Of a DNA stretch of 64,000 nt, positions 1-11,700 are shown one piece after another; within the stretch, counting starts at the first letter, position 1; the number at the start of each line of letters is the position of its first letter. The notes below the pieces were generated by a model. That model was given only the letters and a program-made list of their open reading frames with translations. It searched no databases and had not been told where the DNA came from. This stretch comes from Octopus bimaculoides (taxonomy: Eukaryota), in contig NC_068991.1 of assembly GCF_001194135.2 (NCBI RefSeq), forward strand, positions 75,347,177 to 75,411,176, in the 5' to 3' direction. The translations under genes were made by a program, and so were the position numbers.

Positions 1-354
1 CTGGTTCTTGTGCGGGTGGCACATGAGATGCACCATTTTGAGCGTGGCCGTTGCCAGTACCGCCTGACTGGCTCCTGTAGGATTTTCGAGCGAGATCGTT
101 GCCAGTGCCCCTGGACTGGCTTGTGCGGGTGGCACATAAAAGACACCATTTCGAGCGTGGCCGTTTTCGTGCGGGTGACACGTAAAAGCACCCACTACAC
201 TCTCTGAGTGGTTGGCGTTAGGAAGGGCATCCAGCTGTAGAAACTCTGCCAAATCAGACTGGAGCCTGGTGTTGCCATCCGGTTTCACCAGTCCTCAGTC
301 AAATCGTCCAACCCATGCTAGCATGGAAAGCGGACGTTAAACGATGATGATGAT
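1..354 (+). mobile_element. Family A repeat (RTE-related SINE-like element, (GAT)n tail), young copy
   Basis: GGTTGGCGTTAGGAAGGGCATCCAGCTGTAG core and CCAACCCATGCTAGCATGGAAAGCGGACGTTAAAC(GAT)n end, both recurring through the window. Confidence 0.85.
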
Positions 355-646
355 GGTGCCCAACTGACCCTACTATACTGTGTAGTCAACAAAAATCAAA
401 AACAAACAATGTGCATGCATGAAATTAAAAATATGCATATGCACAAACACTCAGTATTTACTCTTTAGACTTATAGAATTATTTGTTCCTGTAACTATAT
501 GTATGTGTTTTTGAAATTTCCTGCTTGCTTCTCTCATAGTTTCCATAATGTCTACATTATATATTCTGTTGTATTCTTCATTATTCCAGCTACCAATATT
601 CAAGTTTGTATAAATATAATCATAATTTCACTTTGTCTGTCTGTAG

Positions 647-713
647 AAGCTGACTTTCAAGACATGTGGCCAGAGTTGGCATTAACTCTTGAAGATTTCC
701 TTTTCTCGAAAAA
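647..713 (+). CDS. MON2: MON2 internal exon (first in window): EADFQDMWPELALTLEDFLFSK(N)
   Basis: ctgtag|AAGCT...TCGAAAAA|gtaagt, phase 1 in and phase 2 out. Peptide resembles vertebrate MON2 DSMWPELANTFEDFLFTK (recalled) and joins the next exon in frame. Confidence 0.93.
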
Positions 714-1109
714 GTAAGTCACTTTACATTACATTTACTACATTATACTGATCCCTCTATCTCTGACCACCATCCGGTATGGGACCCTCCACTCTCCCTC
801 ACACGCCTATCTACACTCTCCCCGTGCTCCAACATATTTACCATACCCTCCCTCTCTCCCTCCCAGCCACTCCATTTTCTCCCACCATCACTTGCTACAG
901 TCGTCTCTCTCCCTGTCTCTAAACATCTCCCCTCACACTCTTATGGAACACCTCCACTCTGTCTCCTCTGTACCACTTATCCTCACCCACTGTTCCCTTC
1001 TAGACGCCCCAAACATCTCCAACGCCATCTATTTTTCTGTCTCTCACTCTCATTGCTTCTCTATCTTTCTCTAGCTCTTTCTCCCAGCTACGATATTGTA
1101 TATATATAT

Positions 1110-1330
1110 GAGCGAGGTCGTTGCCAGTGCTGCTGGACTGGCTTCTATGCCAGTGGTACGTAAAAGCACCCACTACACTCTCGGAGTGGTTGGCGTTAGG
1201 AAGGGCATCCAGCTGTAGAAACTCTGCCAAATCAGATTGGAGCTTGGTACAGCCGTCTGGCTTACCAGTCCTCAGTCAAATCGTCCAACCCATGCTAGCA
1301 TGGAAGGTGGACGTTAAACAATGATGATGA

Positions 1331-1334
<4 letters not shown>
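1110..1334 (+). mobile_element. Family A repeat copy
   Basis: Same core and (GAT)n tail as 1-354. Confidence 0.85.
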
Positions 1335-1366
<32 letters not shown>

Positions 1367-1370
<4 letters not shown>

Positions 1371-1558
1371 TCATCATCATCATCATCATCATCGTCATCG
1401 TTTAACGTCCGCTTTCCATGCTAGCATGGGTTGGACGATTTGACTGAAGACTGGTGCAACCGGATGGCTACACCAGGCTCCAATCTAATTTGGCAGAGTT
1501 TCTACAGCTGGATGCCCTTCCTAACGCCAACCACTCAGAGAGTGTAGTGGGTGCTTTT
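1367..1558 (-). mobile_element. Family A repeat copy, tail-to-tail with 1110-1334
   Basis: Reverse complement of the same core and tail. Confidence 0.85.
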
Positions 1559-2179
1559 ATATACACATACATTTGTATTCTTTAATTCTTGTTCATATTT
1601 CAGTCATTTGTTTGTGGCCATGCTGGAGCACCATATATATATACAGGTGCTTACAATTATCAAGTATTACCTCTAACATTTACTTTACCTATATATATAT
1701 ATATATATAATAAGCATTACAAAAAAGAAAAACCATCCAAATATTTTATTGAAATTAAATCTGAAACAATCAATGTATAAATTATGTGCTTGCTTCCATG
1801 CTATTTGAAACTGCTTTCAAATTTTCTAAATGAGAACTTTTTATAACGACAATGTTCCACTACCCATTGTCTACATAGTGCCAGGCAAAGTATATGAGAG
1901 AAAGAAGGAAAGTGAGACAGAGATCAAAAGGGAGAACTTACCATTCTATTACAACTATCACTTTTTCCTTATCTTTCTTTCTTCTTTTTTTTTTTAATTG
2001 ATGCTGTCTTACCCCACAAGGCCTAAGTTGAGATTATTTTTTTAATGATTTTTTTTTTCTGGGTTTGATGTTAATGTTTCTTATTTTTCATATGTTTGAC
2101 ATATTGTTTTTCAAATAACTCTCTGGCTCTCTCAATATTTTACTTTTTCTTTTTCATATCTGCTTCACATTTTTCTATT

Positions 2180-2470
2180 CTCTGATGGCAGATATTGTAG
2201 GTGTATAATCTTTGATGTATGTTCATTTTGTGGCTTTACCATAATCGCTTTTCTTAACACTCAATTCCATTCCATAGGGTATTCTTTTGTTATTCACTTC
2301 TATCATAATGTTCTATGGATAGCATCTCTATTGAGAGCTAATAAGCCAGTATCATCTCCAGATCTGAACAAACGGCTCATTCTTCCTGCTGGCTTCATCT
2401 TTTACTTCTCTGAAGATTTCCTCAATATTCTGGAGACAGGAGAGGGAACAACTTTGTTCTGGTTCCTTCC
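2180..2470 (-). pseudogene. Degenerate RTE-clade reverse transcriptase fragment
   Basis: Minus strand reads ...NIEEIFREV.../GDDTGLLA...KEY.ME..., resembling RT domains around YADD, with stops and frameshifts. Confidence 0.55.
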
Positions 2471-2744
2471 TTAATTTTAAATTCTGCAATGGAGAAAAAG
2501 TAAGATATTTACTAAAAAGTTTACAACAATGTGTAAAGGTGCATGGCCTAGTGGTTATGGCTGTTGCGCTTGTGATTCTGAGATCATGGTTTCAATTCTC
2601 ACTCTGGCTGCACATTTCCCCTGATCCTCCCTCCCTCCCTCCTTGCTATTTCTTTTATTTTATCCCTCAATTCTCTCTCTCTCAATTTTTCTTTCTCTTT
2701 TTATGTAAATAGTTCTGACTGTATTTTTTAATATCTAAAATTTT

Positions 2745-2939
2745 GTTCTATATTTAAGAGATGAGAAATTATGTACATTATTTATATTATTTATATATTT
2801 ACATTTGACGGATATTTGTCCTCATCTTGTTTGTTAACACAACGTTTCGGCTGATATACCCTCCAGCCTTCATCAGGTGTCTTGAGGATATTTCGAATCT
2901 GGGTTCTCATTCCTAAGGTATTTTTTGATGTTGTTGTTG

Positions 2940-2992
<53 letters not shown>

Positions 2993-3068
2993 ATCACTGC
3001 CTGGAATTGAACTCGGAATCTTGGGATTAGTAGCCCATGCTCTTAACCATTACGCCATATGCCCGTGG
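2745..3068 (-). mobile_element. Family E SINE: tRNA-derived head, (TAA)n, Penelope-like tail with hammerhead motif
   Basis: Minus strand has A box TGGCGTAATGG and B box GAGTTCAATTCC. Body homologous to 20528-20797. Confidence 0.85.
2837..2880 (-). ncRNA. Minimal type I hammerhead ribozyme motif (intact copy)
   Basis: Minus strand ACAC-CTGATGA-A-GGCTG-gagggtatat-CAGCC-GAAA-C-GTT-GTGT: stem I ACAC/GTGT, complete core, 5-bp stem II, loop-less palindromic stem III (AACGTT). Confidence 0.75.
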
Positions 3069-3440
3069 TGGTTAAGAGCGCAGGCTACTAACCCCAAGAT
3101 TCCAAGTTCGATTACAGGCAGTGACCTGAATAATAATAATAATAACAACATCGAAAAATACCTTAGGAATGAGAACCCAAGACACCTGATGAAGGCTGGA
3201 GGGTATATCAGCTGAAACATTGTGTTAACAACAAACAAGATGAGGAGAAATATCTGTCAAATGTAAATAATGTACATAATTCCACATCTATTAATAACAT
3301 CAGCAAAAAAATATTTTAGAACCCTGGGTTGGGTTCAAAATTCTACCAGGACACCTGATGAACTGGAGAGTAAATCAACCGAAACGTTGAGGTAACAGCA
3401 AACAAGATGAGGACATATCTGTTCAATGTAAATATTGAAC
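3063..3440 (+). mobile_element. Family E copy fused head-to-head with 2745-3068, plus a second degenerate tail (3318-3440)
   Basis: Head GTGGTTAAGAGCGCAGGCTACTAACCCC...GTTCGATT. Hammerhead-like motifs at 3182-3225 and 3351-3392. Confidence 0.8.
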
Positions 3441-4262
3441 TCAAATAATGTAGTCCTAGATACACTATCACTAGTATAAGAGGAGCACCTTTGGTCATAG
3501 GTCTTCTCAATCAGGAACAAACCAGTCGTTAACCAGCAACAGCAACTAATACCAATATATACAGAAATACAAGGTTTATCTTCTAACAAGAGAAATACAT
3601 CTAAAGTACACATAATTTCCGGATCTTCATTTTTCTCTTTCTATAAGTTTCCTGTTTCTACTTCTGTTACTCTGTCCATGATTGTTTCAAGTATTCTTAG
3701 GAATATGTTGTATGTTTTGGTGGAATCTTGTATTTAACAAAATGGAATTGTTTTCGTTTGTCCTTCCTTCCAGTTGTATAAACATTACAGTCTCTCTGTT
3801 GTTGTTTTTTCTTTTTTGATTCTTTAAGATAACATCTGTGTGTGCATCTATGTGCATTTCTTTTTCATTGTCATGCAGGTGCAGCATTTCATGAAATACT
3901 TATTTAAGTATATATACAAGACATTGCTTTGTAGACATTTGTGTAACGCAAACAGCATATGGAATATCAAAGTTTTTTTGTTACTTCTCTTCTTTTTTTT
4001 TTTATTTCTCTTACTGAACAGACATGAGAAAAATGCATGCATGCACAAGTATAGACAGGCTGACAGACAGAGAACTTTACATACGCATATATATCTTTTA
4101 TCTTCTATTTGTTTCAGTTATCAAACAGTGGCCATGCTGGGGCACAGTTTTTTGGGGGGTTTTTTTCCCAAGTCTAGTACTTATTCTATCAGATTCTTTT
4201 TGCTGAACTCCTTGGTTACTGAGACATAACCAAACTGACACCATTTGTCAAGCAGCGCTGGT

Positions 4263-4329
<67 letters not shown>

Positions 4330-4505
4330 GTCGTAAGTCCCAAACATAGCTTTTTCAGAAAACAAAAAAATAGTTTCACCATTCCATAGCAAAACCATTG
4401 TACTGCACTTTGCCAATTTTTGATATCTTGGCATCTGAAGAAGCTGGAAATACGATAGTTTGATCAAAAGAACCGGCTATTGCAAGCAAAAATAAATATT
4501 CTTTT

Positions 4506-5067
4506 NNNNNNNNNNNNNNNNNNNNNNNNNNNNNNNNNNNNNNNNNNNNNNNNNNNNNNNNNNNNNNNNNNNNNNNNNNNNNNNNNNNNNNNNNNNNNNN
4601 NNNNNNNNNNNNNNNNNNNNNNNNNNNNNNNNNNNNNNNNNNNNNNNNNNNNNNNNNNNNNNNNNNNNNNNNNNNNNNNNNNNNNNNNNNNNNNNNNNNN
4701 NNNNNNNNNNNNNNNNNNNNNNNNNNNNNNNNNNNNNNNNNNNNNNNNNNNNNNNNNNNNNNNNNNNNNNNNNNNNNNNNNNNNNNNNNNNNNNNNNNNN
4801 NNNNNNNNNNNNNNNNNNNNNNNNNNNNNNNNNNNNNNNNNNNNNNNNNNNNNNNNNNNNNNNNNNNNNNNNNNNNNNNNNNNNNNNNNNNNNNNNNNNN
4901 NNNNNNNNNNNNNNNNNNNNNNNNNNNNNNNNNNNNNNNNNNNNNNNNNNNNNNNNNNNNNNNNNNNNNNNNNNNNNNNNNNNNNNNNNNNNNNNNNNNN
5001 NNNNNNNNNNNNNNNNNNNNNNNNNNNNNNNNNNNNNNNNNNNNNNNNNNNNNNNNNNNNNNNNNNC
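4506..5067. other. Assembly gap. Others at 6537-6546, 7977-8173, 11845-11960, 19261-19388, 28473-28482, 29498-29597, 30815-31309, 34239-34248, 54239-54603
   Basis: Runs of N, most of them abutting microsatellites. Confidence 1.
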
Positions 5068-5390
5068 ATCATCATCATCATCATCATCATCGTTTAACGT
5101 CCGCTTTCCATGCTAGCATGGGTTGGACGATTTGACCGAGGACTGGTGAAACCGGATGGCAACACCAGGCTCCAGTCTGATTTGGCAGAGTTTCTACAGC
5201 TGGATGCCCTTCCTAACGCCAACCACTCAGAGAGTGTAGTGGGTGCTTTTACGTGTCACCCGCACGAAAACGGCCACGCTCGAAATGGCGTCTTTTATGT
5301 GCCACCCGCACAAGCCAGTCCAGGGGCACTGGCAACGATCTCGCTCGAAAATCCTACAGGAGCCAGTCAGGCGGTACTGGCAACGGCCAC
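5068..5390 (-). mobile_element. Family A repeat, near-identical inverted copy of 45-354
   Basis: By eye only two differences over about 310 bp (gacacc/gacgcc and ctcagtc/ctcggtc). Confidence 0.9.
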
Positions 5391-5488
5391 ATATACATAC
5401 ATACATATATACATGCATACATACATACATACATACATACATGCATACATATGTACGTACATACATACATTCAAACACATACATGTAT

Positions 5489-5529
<41 letters not shown>

Positions 5530-6010
5530 TACAGATAGATAAATACACACACACACACACACACATTTCCATGCGTGACTACACACATTCATATACTCAG
5601 ACTTGACTGTGCACAGGAACTTCTATACAGCTATCCGTACATCCACGTACATACATACACATTGCATATATGTGTGTATATATAAATATAAGTGCACCAA
5701 CACACACACACACATATATATATCCATAGATGCTTGCATGTATACACACACATGCACACATACATATTTATCCATACATGCTTGCATTTATATACACACA
5801 CTTCTTGCACACACGCAGACATATATCCATGCATGCTTGCATTTGCACACACACACACGCACACACATATCCATACACGCTTGCATTCATAGGCACACAC
5901 ACACACACACATATATCCATACACGCTTGCATTCATAGGCATACACACACACATACATACACACATGCACATACATACACACACATACATACACACACTC
6001 GCGCACACAA
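5391..6010. repeat. (CATA)n/(CA)n microsatellites with an embedded ~45-bp degenerate minisatellite (CATATATCCATACACGCTTGCATT, about 5 copies)
   Basis: Units start near 5715, 5763, 5820, 5866 and 5910. Confidence 0.8.
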
Positions 6011-6185
6011 ACACCCACACACCCACTCAAATAGCCCCTATACACTACGTGTATACCCAAATCATCCATTGTATGCATGACCCGAACCTGTCCTTCTCTT
6101 CTGACCCTTTCGATGAAGAACCCACTGTTGCAGATACGCACTACGTTTCAATGGGGTTTTTTTTCTTTTTGTTTTGTAAGTTGTA

Positions 6186-6265
<80 letters not shown>

Positions 6266-6482
6266 CTTTTCCCTCTACTCCCCCTCTCACTCCCTCTCCT
6301 ACATTGTTGAATAAGTAAAAAGAGAAAAATAAAAAATCTGATTCCTGTATCTGTGTGTGTCAATGTACATCAATCTTGCTTCACACTGACAATACATTCT
6401 TCTCTGTTGCTGTGTGTATTTTTGCAAGCTTATTTCTTCCTCTCATCCATTCTCTCCTCTCCCTGCTACTTCCACCTCTATC

Positions 6483-6532
<50 letters not shown>

Positions 6533-6547
6533 CACANNNNNNNNNNG

Positions 6548-6579
<32 letters not shown>

Positions 6580-6626
6580 TATATATGTGTGTGTGTGTGT
6601 ATATATGTGTATGTATATATATGTGT

Positions 6627-6733
6627 GACTGGAGCCTGGTGTTGCCATCCGGTTTCACCAGTCCTCAGTCAAATCGTCCAACCCATGCTAGCATGGAAAG
6701 CGGACGTTAAACGATGATGATGATGATGATGAT
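6627..6733 (+). mobile_element. Family A 3' fragment
   Basis: Matches the 3' end of 1-354 and ends in (GAT)n. Confidence 0.85.
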
Positions 6734-6744
6734 GTGTGTGTATG

Positions 6745-6784
<40 letters not shown>

Positions 6785-7263
6785 CATACATTACATACAC
6801 ACATATATGTATATACATATATATATGTATATATGTTTATATATATATATATATATATATCGTTTAACGTCCGCTATACATACATTATATACACATATAT
6901 TTACACACACACATATATATATATAAATATGTATATACATATATATATATATAAATATATTTATACATGCACACACATATATAAATATGTATATACATAT
7001 ATATATATATAAATATATTGATACACACACACATATATATATATATATATATTTGTATGTATTGGATTTTTTTTTTTTTTTCTGTCTGTTAACTGCAGAT
7101 GAATAATAATGTTGATATTTTGTCTTTTCTGATGAGAATCTAATACTTTGACTCTCGAAAAACTATTTGATGAACCCTATTTTATGCATCAACTATCTGT
7201 GTAAATAATAACAGTAATTGGAATGCAAAGCGCTGGTGCCGATGCCGATGCTGATGATGATGT

Positions 7264-7296
<33 letters not shown>

Positions 7297-7352
7297 AGAC
7301 AATGATTTTGATGGTGGCGATGAAGAGGAAGAGGAAAATGATGAACGTGGCT

Positions 7353-7393
<41 letters not shown>

Positions 7394-8257
7394 ACTTTTA
7401 TTCTTTGTGGTTGTTGTTGATTATGATGATGATGAGCATGATAATTCGCTTGAAAGAAGAGAAATGAAAGAAATGTAATAATAATAATAATAATAATAAT
7501 AATGATAGCAATTCCTATTAGGAATAAGACCAAACCTGAGTGAAACCAAAATGAAAATAATAATAATAATAATATCAATAATAATGATACCAGCAACAAC
7601 AACAACAACAACAACAATGATATCATTATTATCATTGTTATGTCAAAAAAAAAAAGGGAAAACATAAAAAGTAAAAAGCAAAACAAGTCATTGTTTGTCA
7701 TTGTGAATATTTTGTGTTATGTCCTGACTTTGAGATGGACATTATGTGTAAATAGCGAAGTTGTAATGATGGAGACAAGTAGTGAAACGTGTCTCACCAC
7801 ACATTAAACTCAGAGAGATATATGCATGCTGGTAATCTTGGTTCAGAAAAACTTTCTCAACAGTTTGGTAATGCACATTGCCTTATAATTAAGGCAGTGT
7901 GTATTAGAAACGGCAGAGTACGGTGGTGGTTGAGGTGGTGGTGGTGGTGGTGGTGGTGGTGGTTGTGGTGGTGGTGNNNNNNNNNNNNNNNNNNNNNNNN
8001 NNNNNNNNNNNNNNNNNNNNNNNNNNNNNNNNNNNNNNNNNNNNNNNNNNNNNNNNNNNNNNNNNNNNNNNNNNNNNNNNNNNNNNNNNNNNNNNNNNNN
8101 NNNNNNNNNNNNNNNNNNNNNNNNNNNNNNNNNNNNNNNNNNNNNNNNNNNNNNNNNNNNNNNNNNNNNNNNNATATATATACATATATATATACCCACA
8201 TGCATGCTTCTTTCTATATGTGAGTATGCTTAGATATACGTATATATGTGGATATAC

Positions 8258-8392
<135 letters not shown>

Positions 8393-8672
8393 CATATATG
8401 TGGATATATATAAATATATATATATGTATATATGTGTGCATGTATATATCTGTATATAAAAATATATATTATGCTTGTGTGTGTGTGTGTGTGTGTGTGA
8501 TTATTTCAATTATCTCAATAAAAACTTTTTCCAGATTTTAAACATGATTTGGTGTTTGCAATTTAGGATAAACCAAAGTCAAGTCTCTGTCAAATATTTT
8601 CTAATTTAAATAGAATATAATTTTCTTCAGCTAAATAGCCTTTCACTGTGTTCGTTTTTATTTTTATTTTTT

Positions 8673-8699
8673 CCCTAACCCTAACCCTAACCCTAACCC
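8673..8699 (-). repeat. Interstitial telomere-type repeat (TTAGGG)4
   Basis: ccctaaccctaaccctaaccctaaccc on the + strand. Confidence 0.85.
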
Positions 8700-9058
8700 C
8701 CCCTCTTTTGCTTACATACTTTTTCCACACGTTATGTACACTCACATCTGAGAGGGGAAAATTTGAGGTGTTTTTTGTGTATATATAGATATTTTATAAG
8801 TGTTTTTATTTTGTTTTGTTTTCTTTTAGTCCTAATTATGAGATATAAAATATTTAGCATGAACTGCATTTTGGGAATTTTAAAATCTATTATCACCAGC
8901 AGGTTCCCTTTTTTTCTCTCACCATCTTCAATAATGATGAAGCTGTTCGAAGCTTCATGAGAGTAATGCGTGGTTATATGTGTCTGTGTGGGCAGGTGGT
9001 ATGTGTGTGTGTGTGTGTATATGTATATATGTATAGAAATGTATGTATATATAATGTA

Positions 9059-9101
<43 letters not shown>

Positions 9102-9193
9102 ATGTATGTATGTATATATGTATAGAAATGTATTTATATATAATGTATGTATGTGTATATATATATATGTATGTATGTATCTATGTATGTATG

Positions 9194-9272
<79 letters not shown>

Positions 9273-11079
9273 TGATAGTATATATTTCTTTGCTCCTATA
9301 TTTATGTGTATTTGTCTTATTGTATATTGAAAAATATCATTATACGTGTTATATGTTGCATATGCATCACTATTACACATACACAAGCATGTTGTGAGGA
9401 CGAAATTTAAAACAAGTTCTTACCGATGTAAGAAGTTTCTCTGTCTCATTTTTAAAAGTTATTCATTTTAGCTTATCTTATTGTATTTCATTCGATTACA
9501 TTTTTTTCTGTCCCCTCTCTTTTTAAACTGATGAATAAAATATCGCTGTTGATCTTTTTCACCAGAGACAAATGCAGACACATAAATTTATATATAAACA
9601 AGTATATATAAATTTATACGTAAATTTACATATAAACGCATATATAAATACATGAATGCTTAAACAAATAACTAAACAGATAAATTAATAAATGGAAGCA
9701 AACCTTTTGTCATTGCTACTGTAGTTTTATATTTATATGTGACAAAATTATTCTAAGCTGCTTTACAAACTTTGGTGACTTGTTCTGTCTCTGTAATTTA
9801 CACCTAGATTTTCTTTCATTAGCATCTAATTTTTCTTGATATTTCAATTCAATGTATGATATTGTTTAGCGATTCATACATCATTGTACACAGGATGAAG
9901 AAAGGCGGCACCAATGGGATTAATGTAAATCAAATTATAAATTGCTAAGTTCATAATTCCTCCCATTTTTCCCGGCTCTTCTTCCCCCTCTGGATTTGTG
10001 TGTGCTTGTATTATTTGCATATAAATTTTTTATAATGATCTTTTTTAGTGTTAAGTGGTGATAATACTGGTGGTGGTGGTGGTAGTGGTAATAGTAGAAG
10101 TAAGAGGTGGAGGACTTTAATGTGTTGTTGTTGTTGTGGTGCTGCTGCTGCTGCTGATGGTGATTTAGCAGAATCATTAGAGCATTAGAAAAAATGCCTT
10201 ACATTGTTTGTTCCAGCTCTTTACAGTCTGAGTTCAAATCCTGCCGAGGTTACTATTGCCTTTCATCCTTTCAAGCTCCATAAAATAAAGTGCCAGTTAC
10301 GTACTGGGGTCAACAGTAACAACAAAGATTCTCTCCCTACAGAACTGATAACCTTGTGCATGCAGGCACACACACACACACAAATTAGAAATATCCAAAT
10401 TGTCTTGTCTCCATGTTAACGATACTTTACTATTGCTATTAGTATTGCTATGCTGAACCTTTCTGCGTTCGGATTATTCTGTCAAATGTAAAGCTTATTT
10501 ATTCACATTGTTTTGAATTAATCATGGATTATCTTAGTTTCAGATTTTGATGATGTGACTTTTTTTTTTCTTTTTTTCTTTTTTTTTTTTCTTTTAATGA
10601 TATAAGGTTGGTGTGAGGCCCGATCTGGTCAATTTGAACACAAAACAGGTAAAATATCTTGACCAGAACTAGCCAGCTTCACTAACGCTTAAACCAAACA
10701 TAAAATTATTTTGATACAAGGATGAAATCTGCTTTTCAAACAGACAAATAAACTCACTAAAATCCAGAATGATTCCATTTGGAAACCACATTTAGATAAG
10801 GCAGGCCACTATGATTTTTCAAACCAAACTTTTCAATGTTGTTTTGGAACAGTTATGCCTTCATGTTTATAGCAAATGGCTCATAACGTGCATCTTTTGA
10901 CACAAACTATGCAGGCTTTACATGTGTATTTGATAACTGAATATATTTTAGGGACACAAAAAATACAAGGGTAAACTTATGAGTTACTAGAATGTATTTC
11001 TTTTATATATATTTATATATGTGTGTGTATATCATTTGTGTATTATTGCTTATGTTTTTGTTGTTCATTTATTTTTCAG

Positions 11080-11140
11080 CCCCTCTCTTCCTACTCTGTC
11101 AATAGAAGATTTCCAAAGAGATGAGACGGTGGACTGCAAG
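11080..11140 (+). CDS. MON2: MON2 exon: PSLPTLSIEDFQRDETVDCK
   Basis: tttttcag|C...TGCAAG|gtttgt, 61 nt. AA+C completes Asn. Resembles MON2 PPDNLSIQEFQRNENIDVE. Confidence 0.92.
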
Positions 11141-11254
11141 GTTTGTATTCGTATAGCACCGAAAAGTAAAGGAAAATGCAATGAATTTTGGAAAGCGGTT
11201 TTGATATGTATTCTTTCATGTGTGAGCATGTATGTGTGTGTGTGTGTATATATG

Positions 11255-11297
<43 letters not shown>

Positions 11298-11307
11298 GCA
11301 CACGGAT

Positions 11308-11630
11308 GCGATGAGCTTCTTTCAGTTTCTGTCTGCCGAATCCACTCACAAGGACTTTGGCCAGCCTATATATAATGTAAGACACTCGCCCAAAGTGCCA
11401 CACAGTGGGACTGAACCTGGAAACCTGTAGTTGGGAAGCAATCTTCTTACCACACAGCTATGCCTGCACCTGTACGCACACACACAAAAGGCTTCCTTCA
11501 GTTCCTTCTGCCAAATCCACTCACAAAGCTTTGGTCAGCCCAGAGCTCTGTTTAAAGACACCCAGGTTGCCATACAGCAGGATTGAACTCAAAACCATTC
11601 AGTTTGAAATTGAACTTCTTAATCACATAT
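11308..11630 (-). mobile_element. Two Family B SINE heads, antisense
   Basis: Reverse complement of the GTGGCTGTGTGGTAAG...CACCTTGGGC...GTGAGTGGATTTGG...GAAAGAAGCC head. Confidence 0.75.
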
Positions 11631-11700
11631 CCAAGCCTATAAAAGCACATCATATGATGAAAATTCAAAAGACTCAGTGAATCTTCATAAAAGATCTACA

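Noticed and set aside
6070-6150. Short peptide-like stretch MHDPNLSFSSDPFDEEPTVADTHYVS
   Set aside because: No convincing splice sites, and the MON2 exons on either side already join without a gap in the alignment.
7128-7165. CTGATGA...GAAA hammerhead-like spacing
   Set aside because: Stem II pairs poorly and stems I and III are absent.
7223-7420. Acidic D/E/G-rich ORF
   Set aside because: Built from (GAT)n, (GGT)n and (GAA)n tracts, with no matching splice sites and no place in the MON2 frame.
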